From: Candidatus Falkowbacteria bacterium
Lineage (GTDB): Bacteria > Patescibacteriota > Patescibacteriia > Patescibacteriales > WJLG01
Assembly: GCA_963747695.1 (NCBI GenBank)
Contig: CAVVFV010000008.1
Span: 203,592 to 267,591 of the forward strand
Length of the DNA: 64,000 bases
Direction: 5' to 3'
The notes under the pieces are model-generated. The model saw only the letters and a program-made list of their open reading frames with translations. It searched no databases and was not told the origin of the DNA. A program made the translations under genes and the position numbers. Below are positions 18,199 through 28,031 of the stretch, one piece after another; within the stretch, counting starts at the first letter, position 1; each line of letters begins with the position of its first letter.

Positions 18199-19892
18199 AA
18201 ATAATCAATTGGTTGAAAAAAAAGGAAAATTTCGTGCCGATAATTTTGTTTATCCTGGCGGTTTTGCCGTTTATTCCGAATACGCGGGATTTTTTCTTGT
18301 CGGATGATTGGGATTTTTTGACGCAAGTCGCCAACCCTCATCAACCGCTCTGGCATTATCTTTTTACGAATTATGTCGGCACGAATAGTGGCGGATCGTA
18401 TCGTCCGCTGACGATTTATTTCTGGCTGTTCATCCATCATTTCTGGCAGTTGAATTATTTTTGGTATCATCTGGCGCAGCTACTATTGCACGCCGCCGAC
18501 GCCGTCTTACTTTACCTGGTCGTTCTAAATTTCATCTGGCCGGAAAAGCAAACCGATCGCTTCGTTTTGGCGGCCGCCAGTTCGGCCGTTTTCATCCTCT
18601 TGCCGAATCACGCGGAAGCCGTGGCCTGGATCGCCGCCGTCTGCGATCCGCTTTGCGCCTTTTTCTATTTGGCGAGTCTGCTTGGCCTGCTTTTCTGTTT
18701 AAGATATTTTCGCGCCAGATTTTGGCTTTACGCGGCTTCGCTGCTTTTCTTTCTGGCGGCGCTTTTTAGCAAAGAAATGGCGATGTCGCTGCCGTTTATA
18801 ATTTTATTTTTCTCGGCTTACCGTCTCTGGCAAAAACGTGATAAGGCGGTAATGATTTTATTCACGCTGCCGTACTTTCTGATCTTAGCCGGCTACTTTT
18901 GGTTACGCTATCGGGCGATCGGTTTGTTTTTCGGCTATTACGGCGAAGAACATTTGCATTTCGGATTGACCAAAACTTTAGCCGTTTACGGCGATATCGT
19001 CTCCAGTTTCGTTTTAAGCGATTATTGGCGCACGATTTTTTCGCTCTGGTTGAATGATCATCTCGCTGCGATTTTTATAATTTTTGCTTTATTTTTGGCT
19101 GGGCTCGGTTTTTTAACCTGGAAAAAAAAGTGGTCAGTTTGGCCGTGGCTTGTTTTCGCGTCGCTCGCCATCAGCCTGGTGCCGGTCGCGGATTTCGGAG
19201 TTAATCTTACCAAAACCTATTTTAGCGAAGAGGGAGAGCGTTACGGTTATCTGCCTTCGCTTTTCGCGGCCATTTTGATCGCCCTGGCGTTTATCGCGGT
19301 ATGGAAAAAAATTCAAAATAAATTATCGCTGCGAGTTGTTTTTATTATTCTAATTATGGCCATTGCCGCGGGGTTGGGCGGGCAATTGCTTGCGAAAAAT
19401 CAGCGGTATGAGGTGGCCGGTCTGGTGGCGCAAAAAGCGCTCGCGAACGCCGTGGCGCAAATGAAGCAAGGCGATTACGTTGGGGCGTTATTTTTCGGGT
19501 TGCCGGATAATTTCCATGGCGCGCCGATTTTCCGCAACGGCTGGCAGGAAGCGATCGCTTTTTATCTGCCGAAGCCGCCGATAATTTTATCGCCCTTCAA
19601 CCGGACGGCTTATCAACCCGCCGGGCAATTCGCGGTGACGAGATATAACAGCGGCGATTTTGATTATTATGATATCAATGCCGCCAAATCGATCATTGCC
19701 AAGCCGAATTTTTCCTCCGCCGATTATGCCACGCTTTTAAATAATTATATTTTTGAACCGGGAGGGAGCAACGACCGTTATTTCGGCAATCGGCTTTCGA
19801 TTTCGCTCTCCCGGAGCTTGGCGGCCAATCCCGGGATCGGTTTATTTTTTTGGAACGGCGCAAGCTGGACCGTGATGGCCGGTCAGCCGTAA
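18195..19892 (+). CDS. polytopic GT-C-like (PMT/ArnT-type) membrane glycosyltransferase
   Basis: More than 10 hydrophobic spans; first-loop acidic motif FFLSDDWDFL ... SYRPLT. Confidence 0.6.
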   Translation: MKIINWLKKKENFVPIILFILAVLPFIPNTRDFFLSDDWDFLTQVANPHQPLWHYLFTNYVGTNSGGSYRPLTIYFWLFIHHFWQLNYFWYHLAQLLLHAADAVLLYLVVLNFIWPEKQTDRFVLAAASSAVFILLPNHAEAVAWIAAVCDPLCAFFYLASLLGLLFCLRYFRARFWLYAASLLFFLAALFSKEMAMSLPFIILFFSAYRLWQKRDKAVMILFTLPYFLILAGYFWLRYRAIGLFFGYYGEEHLHFGLTKTLAVYGDIVSSFVLSDYWRTIFSLWLNDHLAAIFIIFALFLAGLGFLTWKKKWSVWPWLVFASLAISLVPVADFGVNLTKTYFSEEGERYGYLPSLFAAILIALAFIAVWKKIQNKLSLRVVFIILIMAIAAGLGGQLLAKNQRYEVAGLVAQKALANAVAQMKQGDYVGALFFGLPDNFHGAPIFRNGWQEAIAFYLPKPPIILSPFNRTAYQPAGQFAVTRYNSGDFDYYDINAAKSIIAKPNFSSADYATLLNNYIFEPGGSNDRYFGNRLSISLSRSLAANPGIGLFFWNGASWTVMAGQP

Positions 19893-19897
19893 AAAAT

Positions 19898-21595
19898 ATG
19901 CTCGAACTATCAATGGCGACAATCAAAATTCTCGCGTGGTCCAAAGTAATCTTGGCTTTGTTTCTGATCGGCGGAATCTGGCTGATCTATAGTAAAAAAA
20001 TCAAAGCGGCGTATTTCTTGTGGCTAATCGGCGCGGCGGTCGTTGTTTTTTACGCCGTGATGAGCTGGAAATTGCAAAAGATGTTCTGGGGCGATAACGG
20101 CGACGAGGTATTTGTTTTTTCTTTTTTGACCAAGGCGATGTCGGCGCATCCATTCGGTGATTTCTTTTATGCCCATCTGCCGGCTTTTTATCCGCCCTTA
20201 TATTTCTGGGTCGTCGGCTGGGCGGCGAGATTCGTCACTCCTTCCGGGATCACGGCCGCCAAGATCGGCGCAGCGGCAGTACTCGCGGTTTGGTTTTTCG
20301 GCGTCTATTATTTGCAAAAAATTTATTGGCGAAAAAAAACCAATCAGGTCGAGATCATTTCTTCGCCGTGGTTTTGGCTGGCCTTACCGGCCGTGGCTTT
20401 TTTGGCCAATGACTTCAATGATCTCATCTTCAAACCCTATGAAGCTATTTCCGCGATTTTGCTGGTCGTCTGGCTGGGAATGCTGGCCAATGAACTGGAA
20501 GAAAGATGGGATTGGAAAAAATATTTACTGTTCGGCTTGAGCGGCGGGCTATTATTTTTGACTTATTATTTCTGGTGGTTCTTCGTCGTCTTGTCTCTTC
20601 TCGCTTGGATAATCTTAAGCCAAAATAAAATTTTTACGGCGGCGAGAATTGTTCTTACCGGCGCGATAATTTTTTTGGTTAGCCTGCCTTATACCTTGCC
20701 CTTGGCAATTACCTACGCCCGCCTGGGAATCGAAAATTGGCAAGCCAGCTATTTTTATTACAGCCGTTTCGTGACCTATGTGCCATTTTTAAATTTTAGT
20801 CTGGCCGGAGCATTGTTCCTGATCGGCCTGGCCGGATTGATAATCTATCGCCGCAATAATTTCGTCAGGATCAACTTGTTCTTGTTCTTGTCCTGTTATG
20901 CTTATCAATTTTTGAATATTGTGTTATTTTTAGTGAGCGGCAAATCCTATCAAGCGGAAAAAGCTTTTCCCTATCTGGCCACCGTCTCTTTGGCGGTCGG
21001 CGCGGCGTATTTATTAGTGGACGCGGGGCGCCGATTTTCCGGCAAGAAATATTTTCGCGAAGCCGCGGCGATCGTCTTGGTGGTCATCGCGATCAGCCTG
21101 CCCTTCGGTTCTTTTATCGATAGTCCGGTGGTGCTGCAGAATTTGGAGACTGATCAGCAGGGGAATTCGGCGCAATACCTCTCCGCCAAGATCAAACAAA
21201 CTGTACCTGATTATGCCACGCGTACTTGGCTCTCTTCCGGAATTCCCGAGATCAACGCCTATTTGCCGCTGGCATATTATTGGTATTCCAACCCCAGTTA
21301 TTCTAATCCGGCGGTTCATTGGTCGGTCCGTTTCAGCCAGATAAAAAAAATGACCGAGGCTAAATCGGCTGACGAATTCCAAGCCGATCTTAACGGGCTC
21401 GGAGCGGATAAGTTCGATACGCTATTGCTTTATCAGGATAAAAATTCGCAGAGTTACCCGCTGTTCTATTGGCAGGACAATTATCCCAATGCCGGCAAAC
21501 AGGAACAGCTTAATTTGAATCCCGCCTTGATCAGCGATAAATATTGGCAAAAAGTCTTTGACGATGGCGAATGGCGGATATTTTTAGCCAAGTAA
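19898..21595 (+). CDS. polytopic GT-C-like membrane protein
   Basis: Many TM spans; first loop MFWGDNGDEVF; ATG 19898 preferred over the upstream TTG 19850, which overlaps the previous gene. Confidence 0.5.
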   Translation: MLELSMATIKILAWSKVILALFLIGGIWLIYSKKIKAAYFLWLIGAAVVVFYAVMSWKLQKMFWGDNGDEVFVFSFLTKAMSAHPFGDFFYAHLPAFYPPLYFWVVGWAARFVTPSGITAAKIGAAAVLAVWFFGVYYLQKIYWRKKTNQVEIISSPWFWLALPAVAFLANDFNDLIFKPYEAISAILLVVWLGMLANELEERWDWKKYLLFGLSGGLLFLTYYFWWFFVVLSLLAWIILSQNKIFTAARIVLTGAIIFLVSLPYTLPLAITYARLGIENWQASYFYYSRFVTYVPFLNFSLAGALFLIGLAGLIIYRRNNFVRINLFLFLSCYAYQFLNIVLFLVSGKSYQAEKAFPYLATVSLAVGAAYLLVDAGRRFSGKKYFREAAAIVLVVIAISLPFGSFIDSPVVLQNLETDQQGNSAQYLSAKIKQTVPDYATRTWLSSGIPEINAYLPLAYYWYSNPSYSNPAVHWSVRFSQIKKMTEAKSADEFQADLNGLGADKFDTLLLYQDKNSQSYPLFYWQDNYPNAGKQEQLNLNPALISDKYWQKVFDDGEWRIFLAK

Positions 21596-21605
21596 ATTTA
21601 TTTAT

Positions 21606-21785
21606 ATGAAGATGAGAATTATTATTGAAGAATTATTCTGCTTTATCGGCTCAGCCATGATTGTTTTTTTTGGCATGGAGTTGTTATGGCCCCGGATCGT
21701 TTTGGCCTACTTCAATTATACTTGGCTGATTTTGGTTTGGCTCTTGGCCGGGATTATTCTGTTGTTTCTGCCGCGAGAGGAATGA
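21606..21785 (+). CDS. possible 59-aa two-helix membrane peptide
   Basis: Own translation MKMRIIIEELFCFIGSAMIVFFGMELLWPRIVLAYFNYTWLILVWLLAGIILLFLPREE; below ORF-track cutoff. Confidence 0.3.
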   Translation: MKMRIIIEELFCFIGSAMIVFFGMELLWPRIVLAYFNYTWLILVWLLAGIILLFLPREE

Positions 21786-21810
21786 AACTGTGATTGATAT
21801 TCAAGTTGCT

Positions 21811-21852
21811 AAAAAATACCTCCGAAAATCCGGAGGTATTTTATTTTTTTTT
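21811..21852. terminator. bidirectional terminator between convergent genes
   Basis: A-run, aatacctccg / cggaggtatt stem, T-run. Confidence 0.8.
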
Positions 21853-23316
21853 CAATTCATATTCATTCACGGATCCGTTCCAATATAGCAGGGCATCGCC
21901 GGTTGACAGATCGATCTTTTCCCCGGCCGCGGGAAAAAATATTTCGTTCTGATCCATCTTGCCGATGATGATCGCCGCGCCGTAAAGATGGGCATTGTTG
22001 CTGGTAAAAGGATGATCCCACTGGATGTATAATTTTTGCGGAGCAAGATTTTTTACTTCGGTCATCGCCGTCACCAGCGACCGGCCGGTTTGATAAACAT
22101 AAGGGTAATCGCGATTGACGACTTGGAATAAGTAAACGGTTTGCCAAGCGGTCAGAATGACAATGATTACCGCCGTAACGCCGAACCAGCGGCGGGAATT
22201 TTTTACGGCGAAATAATAATCAACGATTGCCGCCAAGATTAGGATCATCCCAAAGCGGGGGAGATAAGTGTAGCGGGAGGCGAGCGGGTCCCACCAATTC
22301 ACCACGGCGAGCATGATCGTCGGCGCGACGGTAATGATAATCCATAAAAATCCGTAGCGGACTAAAGGCAGTTTTCGGTATGCGTAAAAAATCGCGGCGA
22401 TAAACAGGAAACAGGCAAGAATCAGCCAGCCGACCGCCAAATGATGCAAGAGTGGCGTGAGTTCAGAGAGCGGGATAAAAAGATCGGTGATAACGATCGG
22501 CAGCCGGGCAATGGTGTGCCAGGAAAAAGCGAAAGTGCCGCTCGCGATATCGGCGCTTTGTTTTTGCCAGATAAATTGCTGCCAGCCGTAAAGCAAAAAT
22601 AAAAAAATTATCGCCGACCAATAAATCAAATGCGCTTTGGTAAAAATTTTATTAACATTTTTTTTCCAGAAAACCAATAAAATGGCGAAAAGCAGAAGCG
22701 GAAAGATCGCGGCGATTTCTTTGCTGCCGATCGCCAAGAGCGCGGCCAAAAAAGAAATGAGCAAATAAATTTTTCTGCCGCCGTTCAAAAAGACTAGATA
22801 GGAAGCGATGCCGGCAAAAATAAATAAGGTGGCGATCGAATGCATATTGGCGCCGACCCAGACTAAAGGCTCGAAGGCCGTGCCGGCCCAGACGAATAAT
22901 AGTCCTGTTATTGCCGCGGTCAACCGCGAACGGGATAATTGCCAGGCGATCAAAGCGGCGAAGAGCGAATTAACGAGATGCACCAGAAGATCAAAAGTAA
23001 AATAAGCCGGCGAATAAAAACCGAAGATTTTCCCCATCACGGTGTAAAAGAGATTCAGCACCGGCGAATAAAAACTGGACATCCGGAAAGTGAGAATGTT
23101 ATAAAGATTCAGATTGATCCGGGCGCCGTGCCAGAGCCAGGTAAAATCATCCGAGAAGAAATAGGCGTGAAAAATCGTCCAGCCGAATAAGCATGCGGCG
23201 GCCACAGCGTAAAGCAAAGTCAAGGCCAGCCAAAATTTGGCCGTCGGCGATTTGCCGCCATTTTCCGAAGCAAGGTTGGCTGAAGATGAATTTGCTGACA
23301 TAATTTGATTATACAA
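21841..23316 (-). CDS. polytopic GT-C-like (PMT/ArnT-type) membrane glycosyltransferase
   Basis: Many TM spans; first-loop YFFSDDFTWLWHG ... SFYSPV motif paralogous to 18195 and 31349 genes. Confidence 0.6.
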   Translation of the reverse strand: MYNQIMSANSSSANLASENGGKSPTAKFWLALTLLYAVAAACLFGWTIFHAYFFSDDFTWLWHGARINLNLYNILTFRMSSFYSPVLNLFYTVMGKIFGFYSPAYFTFDLLVHLVNSLFAALIAWQLSRSRLTAAITGLLFVWAGTAFEPLVWVGANMHSIATLFIFAGIASYLVFLNGGRKIYLLISFLAALLAIGSKEIAAIFPLLLFAILLVFWKKNVNKIFTKAHLIYWSAIIFLFLLYGWQQFIWQKQSADIASGTFAFSWHTIARLPIVITDLFIPLSELTPLLHHLAVGWLILACFLFIAAIFYAYRKLPLVRYGFLWIIITVAPTIMLAVVNWWDPLASRYTYLPRFGMILILAAIVDYYFAVKNSRRWFGVTAVIIVILTAWQTVYLFQVVNRDYPYVYQTGRSLVTAMTEVKNLAPQKLYIQWDHPFTSNNAHLYGAAIIIGKMDQNEIFFPAAGEKIDLSTGDALLYWNGSVNEYELKKK

Positions 23317-23441
23317 TTTTAACTAATTTAAAGCAAAATTCGGGATTATTCAGCTACATTAATCATTATTGCCCCCAGGGCATATTATTGGTATAATTTA
23401 ATTAATATTAAATCGAAAAATAGAGGAGGATCATCAAATCT

Positions 23442-24425
23442 ATGAATAATTTTGAAAATCAGGCCGTCAGGCGTAATGAATCTTCGAGCCAGAATGAAAC
23501 CGAAGACAGTGCGGATGATAAAAAGATTAAAGATACTCCGGAAGATCTGCGTTATAAATTAGGCCGGATGATGGCCGACATTGCCAAAAAGGGCAATGAA
23601 CAGTTTGGCGGCGAGCCGATCTTGAATAATGATGCCAGTATAAATATGGTCCAGTGGGAAACGGGCAATGGCGGACCGCATTCTCGAAAAGATCGAAAAA
23701 CCGATCGCGATGTGGTAAACGACCATTTGTTGCTTTATAGCGGGCTTGCAAAAATGGAAGAAGGGCCGAAAAGAGATGCGGCGGTTGCCGAATGGGCACA
23801 GAGGAGAGAAATGAGCCTGGCGGCCATGATGGAGAGGGCGATCGCGGCAGTCTGCGATAAAATTGTCGGCGATAAATTCATCATCGTTCTGCCAGCCATC
23901 TACGATGATATCGTCAACGGAATCGACAATATGATGGTCAACAAAGAAACCGGCGATGTGGTTTGCGCTTTCGATGAAGTTAGAGAGTACGAAGGTCTTC
24001 ACCATGGCGAAGCCGGCCACGAAGAAGGCGTTTTAAGAAAAGTCAATGCGCATGAATGGGGGGACAAGACGAGGAAGGAGAAAAAAGAAGAAAAAATTAT
24101 CAATCGCGCCGAGCGGGGCGGGGCGGTAATCAGATATGGTTTCGGCAAGGAAGGCGGCAAATTGGTCAAAAAGAAAATAACCGGCGTGCCGCTGTTTTAT
24201 GTTTCTTTGACCGAGACCGAATCGAAAAGGCTTTTGAATGGGATGGATTATGATTCTGATCAACCCAGCGCCGTTGAATTGGAAATTTTCGATAAGCTGA
24301 TCACGTCATTTGAAAAGCAAGCGGCAGATATAAAAAAAGCCAGGATTAATTCGGACGTCGCGCGTAATCTAGCTAATTTTGAAAAATCATTGGCAGTAAT
24401 GAAAGAATTGCGGAAAAGATTTTAA
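23442..24425 (+). CDS. hypothetical soluble protein (327 aa)
   Basis: Intact ORF, SD gaggagg; no motif recognised. Confidence 0.5.
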   Translation: MNNFENQAVRRNESSSQNETEDSADDKKIKDTPEDLRYKLGRMMADIAKKGNEQFGGEPILNNDASINMVQWETGNGGPHSRKDRKTDRDVVNDHLLLYSGLAKMEEGPKRDAAVAEWAQRREMSLAAMMERAIAAVCDKIVGDKFIIVLPAIYDDIVNGIDNMMVNKETGDVVCAFDEVREYEGLHHGEAGHEEGVLRKVNAHEWGDKTRKEKKEEKIINRAERGGAVIRYGFGKEGGKLVKKKITGVPLFYVSLTETESKRLLNGMDYDSDQPSAVELEIFDKLITSFEKQAADIKKARINSDVARNLANFEKSLAVMKELRKRF

Positions 24426-24737
24426 AAAATTCACCTCTCGAGAGGGGTGGACTCGCGTCGCGCGAGGACGGGGTGTGTTACTGCAGGTTATTAAGGTCAA
24501 AAACATTTGCTACTTTTTTTAAAAAAAGTAGCACAAAAAACTGCTCGCAGGAGAAATTTTGGGACGCTCCGCTATCCCGCCGAGGCGGGACTAGCAAAAT
24601 TTCAAACTTGCTCGCTAGACGCTCGCTCAGACAGTGAAATTTTGCACGGCTTCTACGCTGCGTGATTACGGAAATTTTCCAATGCGCGCTACAAAGAAGT
24701 AAATTAATTTTGATAAATAAAAAAAGCGCCCGAACTC
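24424..24737 (+). repeat. J-repeat copy A (~0.3 kb structured direct repeat)
   Basis: Starts in the stop codon of the upstream gene; shares long blocks with 30721-31075 (tttgcYacttttttt aaaaaaagtRgc, ctccgctatcccgcc, aattttgcacggcttc, cgtgattacggaaattttccaatgcgcgctacaa). Confidence 0.85.
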
Positions 24738-24795
24738 AGAATAGATTAGTATAATTTTTAATTTTTAATCCGTAATTTTTAATTGAATTAAAACT

Positions 24796-26733
24796 ATGCC
24801 AAAAAAAGCAGCAAAAAAGGCCAAAGTGGCGAACGCGGGAGGGGAATTAACTGATGTTCTTTTAGCGAGCAAAAAAATCTACAAGCCGTCGGCAGCGCTG
24901 GTAAAAGACGCGGTGGTGAAGGATTGGGAAAAGGCTCGCCGAGAAGCCGACAAAGATCCGCTCGCTTATTGGGAAGAAGCGGCGAAAGACTTGGTTTGGT
25001 TCAAGCCCTGGACGCAAGTTTTGGACAAATCCCAGAAGCCGTTTTTCAAATGGTTCACCGGCGGCCAGACAAATTTAGCTTATAATGCGATTGACCGCTG
25101 GCTGAATACGCCGAAGGAAGACAAGGTAGCGATCATGGGCGAAGATGAGACCGGCCGGGCTCGCGCCTTCACTTATAAAGAAGTTTCCCGCGAAGTAAAT
25201 AAAATCGTTAATGGGCTGAAAGGCCTTGGCGTGAAAAAGGGTGATCGCATCGCCATCTATATGCCAAATATTCCGGAGATCGCTTTCGCGATGCTGGCCT
25301 GTGCCAAGCTCGGCGCGATGCACTCGGTGGTTTATGCCGGATATTCGGCTGCCGCTTTGAGCAACCGCATCCAAGACGCGCAGGCGAAAGTCGTTTTCAC
25401 TGCCGACGGTTCCTGGCGCCGCGGTAAAGCCATCAACCTGAAAGCCGTGGTCGATGAAGCCATCCAAACTTGTCCCTCCGTGGAAAAAGTTATCGTTACC
25501 AAAAATAATAATCAGGAAGTTCCGTTCAATCCGACTAAGGATATCTGGCTGGCTGATTTTATCAAGGACCAATCCACCGAAGCGAAATGCGAAGCGATGG
25601 AAGCGGAAGACCCGGCGTTTGTTCTGTACACTTCGGGAACAACTTCAAAGCCGAAAGGTGTGGTGCATGTTCACGGCGGCTATCCGGTCGGCGTGTTGCG
25701 CACGATGAAATGGATTTGGGACATCAAGGATTCCGATATTTTTTGGTGTACGGCCGATCCGGGCTGGATCACCGGCCATTCTTATATTATCTACGGGCCG
25801 CTTTTGGCCGGCGTAACGACTTTGATGTATGAAGGCACGCCGGATTTTCCCGAACAGGACCATATCTGGAGCATGGTGGAAAAATATAAAGTAACGATCC
25901 TCTATACCGCGCCGACTTTGATTCGCGCGATGATGAGTTTGGGCGATGAATTGCCGGACAAGCACGAGATGCCGACTTTGCGCCTCTTGGGTTCAGTGGG
26001 CGAGCCGATCAATCCTAAGGCTTGGACATGGTATTTTAAACATATCGGCAAAAGCAAACGACCGGTGCTGGATACCTGGTGGCAGACGGAAACCGGCTGC
26101 AATATGATTTCGCCTTTGCCGGTGACGCCGCTCAAAGCGGGTTCCGCGACTAAGCCGTTTCCGGGAATCCAAGCTGATATTTTGGATATGAAGGGCAAAA
26201 AAGTTCCGGCCGGAAAGGGCGGCTATCTGGTGATCAAAACTCCCTGGCCTTCAATGATCCGCACGGTGTTCAACGCGCCGGAAAGATATCTGAAAACTTA
26301 TTGGCACGATATCAAAGGCGTCTTCTTTACCGGCGATATCGGTTTCAAAGACAAGGACGGTTATTTCTTCATTCAGGGCCGCACTGACGATATGTTGAAA
26401 ATTGCCGGTCATAGAATAGGCACCGCCGAAGTTGAATCAGCTTTTGTTTCCCATCCGGCCGTGGCCGAATGCGGTGTGATCGGCGTGCCTGACGAAATCA
26501 AAGGTGAAGTCATCAAGGCGTTCTGTATTCTGAAAAAAGGAATCATCGGCGATGATAAATTGAAAGAAGAATTGAAGATGCATGTGCGCCATACGATCGG
26601 TCCGGTCGCGGTTATGAAAGACGTCGCCTTTGTTGACTCTTTGCCGAAAACCAGAAGCGGCAAGATAATGCGCCGCATCTTGAAAGCCAAAGAGCTTGGC
26701 CTGCCGTTAGGCGACACTAGTGCGCTGATATAG
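24796..26733 (+). CDS. acs: acetyl-CoA synthetase (AMP-forming)
   Basis: YTSGTTSKPKGV, WWQTETG, FFTGDIGFKDKDGYFFIQGRTDD, C-terminal SLPKTRSGKIMRRIL with the regulatory lysine. Confidence 0.95.
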   Translation: MPKKAAKKAKVANAGGELTDVLLASKKIYKPSAALVKDAVVKDWEKARREADKDPLAYWEEAAKDLVWFKPWTQVLDKSQKPFFKWFTGGQTNLAYNAIDRWLNTPKEDKVAIMGEDETGRARAFTYKEVSREVNKIVNGLKGLGVKKGDRIAIYMPNIPEIAFAMLACAKLGAMHSVVYAGYSAAALSNRIQDAQAKVVFTADGSWRRGKAINLKAVVDEAIQTCPSVEKVIVTKNNNQEVPFNPTKDIWLADFIKDQSTEAKCEAMEAEDPAFVLYTSGTTSKPKGVVHVHGGYPVGVLRTMKWIWDIKDSDIFWCTADPGWITGHSYIIYGPLLAGVTTLMYEGTPDFPEQDHIWSMVEKYKVTILYTAPTLIRAMMSLGDELPDKHEMPTLRLLGSVGEPINPKAWTWYFKHIGKSKRPVLDTWWQTETGCNMISPLPVTPLKAGSATKPFPGIQADILDMKGKKVPAGKGGYLVIKTPWPSMIRTVFNAPERYLKTYWHDIKGVFFTGDIGFKDKDGYFFIQGRTDDMLKIAGHRIGTAEVESAFVSHPAVAECGVIGVPDEIKGEVIKAFCILKKGIIGDDKLKEELKMHVRHTIGPVAVMKDVAFVDSLPKTRSGKIMRRILKAKELGLPLGDTSALI

Positions 26734-26750
26734 CTCATAACACATAACAC

Positions 26751-26953
26751 TTTGGCTATGGCAGAGTCTCCGCCTCGGGACTCTGCCCGGTCGGATCGCG
26801 GCAGAGTCCGCTGACGCGAGACTCTGCCGAAGCCAATATGGGGAGGGAATATCGATTTTATGTTTGGTTCCGTCGCAGTCTCCCGTAAGGGGACTGCGAC
26901 GCAGGCGAATCAATTTTCGCCGCAGTCCGAGGCGAGACTGCGGCAAGACCAAA
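26751..26953. repeat. GC-rich nested hairpin array (two units of outer stem + two hairpins)
   Basis: ttggct[ggcagagtc..gactctgcc][ggcagagtc..gactctgcc]agccaa, then tttggt[cgcagtc..gactgcg][ccgcagtc..gactgcgg]accaaa. Confidence 0.75.
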
Positions 26954-26979
26954 GATTTTGGCGATGATACGATAATTTT

Positions 26980-27534
26980 ATGAAGCGAGTTTATATAATT
27001 CATGGCTGGGAAGCAAATCCGGAGAGCAATTGGTTTCCTTGGTTAAAGAAAGAATTAGCAAAAAAAGGTTTTCAGGCGGAAATTCCCGAAATGCCGAATT
27101 CGGCGCACCCTGTTTGTGAAGATTGGGTTAATTATCTGAAAAAAATCGTTGGCAAGGTTGATGAAGACACTTTCTTCGTCGGCCACAGTTTGGGCCCGAT
27201 CGCGATTATGCGATTTTTGGAAACCTTGCCGGCTCGCGAGAAAGCCGGCGGCGTGATTATGGTTGCGGGTTTTTCCGAATCCTTGGGAATCCCGGAAACA
27301 GAGAGTTTTTTCCAGCAGCCGCTTGATTATGCTAAGCTTAAAAGTTCGGCCAAAAAATTTGAAGTTATCAATTCGGACAATGATCCTTATGTGCCGATAA
27401 ATAGAGGGGAGATTTTACGAGACAAACTTGGCGCAGAGCTAACTATTATGCATGGTCATGGTCATCTCAATGCCGGCAACGGATTTTTCGAACTGCCGAT
27501 CGTTTTGGAAAAGATATTATTATTGAGTAAATAA
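26980..27534 (+). CDS. YdeN/RBBP9-type alpha/beta serine hydrolase
   Basis: 184 aa; IIHGWEANPESNWFPWL start and nucleophile elbow GHSLG. Confidence 0.65.
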   Translation: MKRVYIIHGWEANPESNWFPWLKKELAKKGFQAEIPEMPNSAHPVCEDWVNYLKKIVGKVDEDTFFVGHSLGPIAIMRFLETLPAREKAGGVIMVAGFSESLGIPETESFFQQPLDYAKLKSSAKKFEVINSDNDPYVPINRGEILRDKLGAELTIMHGHGHLNAGNGFFELPIVLEKILLLSK

Positions 27535-27636
27535 TTGGAAATTTACATGACAATTTTTACTAATTTTATAGCAAAATAACAAAAACTTTCCAAGTATTTG
27601 TTTGGTGCCAAATTAATAGTTTATTAGAAAATTCAT

Positions 27637-27987
27637 ATGAGGAAGCCTTTCAAAAAACATTTAAAAACAATCCCAGTCGAAGAAGCTCACGAGGGAAGTG
27701 GAAAAAGGCAACTTATTTTATCGAAAAATGATGCGGTATCAGAACATTTTCAAGCCATGACAAAAGGTTTTCTCAAGGCAGGCTCAATGTTTGATTGGCA
27801 TTTTCATGAAAATATTGATGAATTTTTCCTGGTACTAAAAGGTGAAGGATTTATTGAGTTTAAAGGTGGAGAAAAATTCGAATATTCTCCTGATGACCTC
27901 GTCTATATCCCAGATGGAATAGAACATAAAATTAAAGCCACTGGAAAAGAAGAAAGCGAATTTTTCTTTATTAGACTTAATAATTAA
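27637..27987 (+). CDS. cupin-domain protein
   Basis: 116 aa; cupin motifs WHFHENIDEFFLVLKGEG and YIPDGIEHKI. Confidence 0.6.
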   Translation: MRKPFKKHLKTIPVEEAHEGSGKRQLILSKNDAVSEHFQAMTKGFLKAGSMFDWHFHENIDEFFLVLKGEGFIEFKGGEKFEYSPDDLVYIPDGIEHKIKATGKEESEFFFIRLNN

Positions 27988-28031
27988 AATATTAAATTTG
28001 TAATTAATAATTTGTAATTTGTAATTATTCC

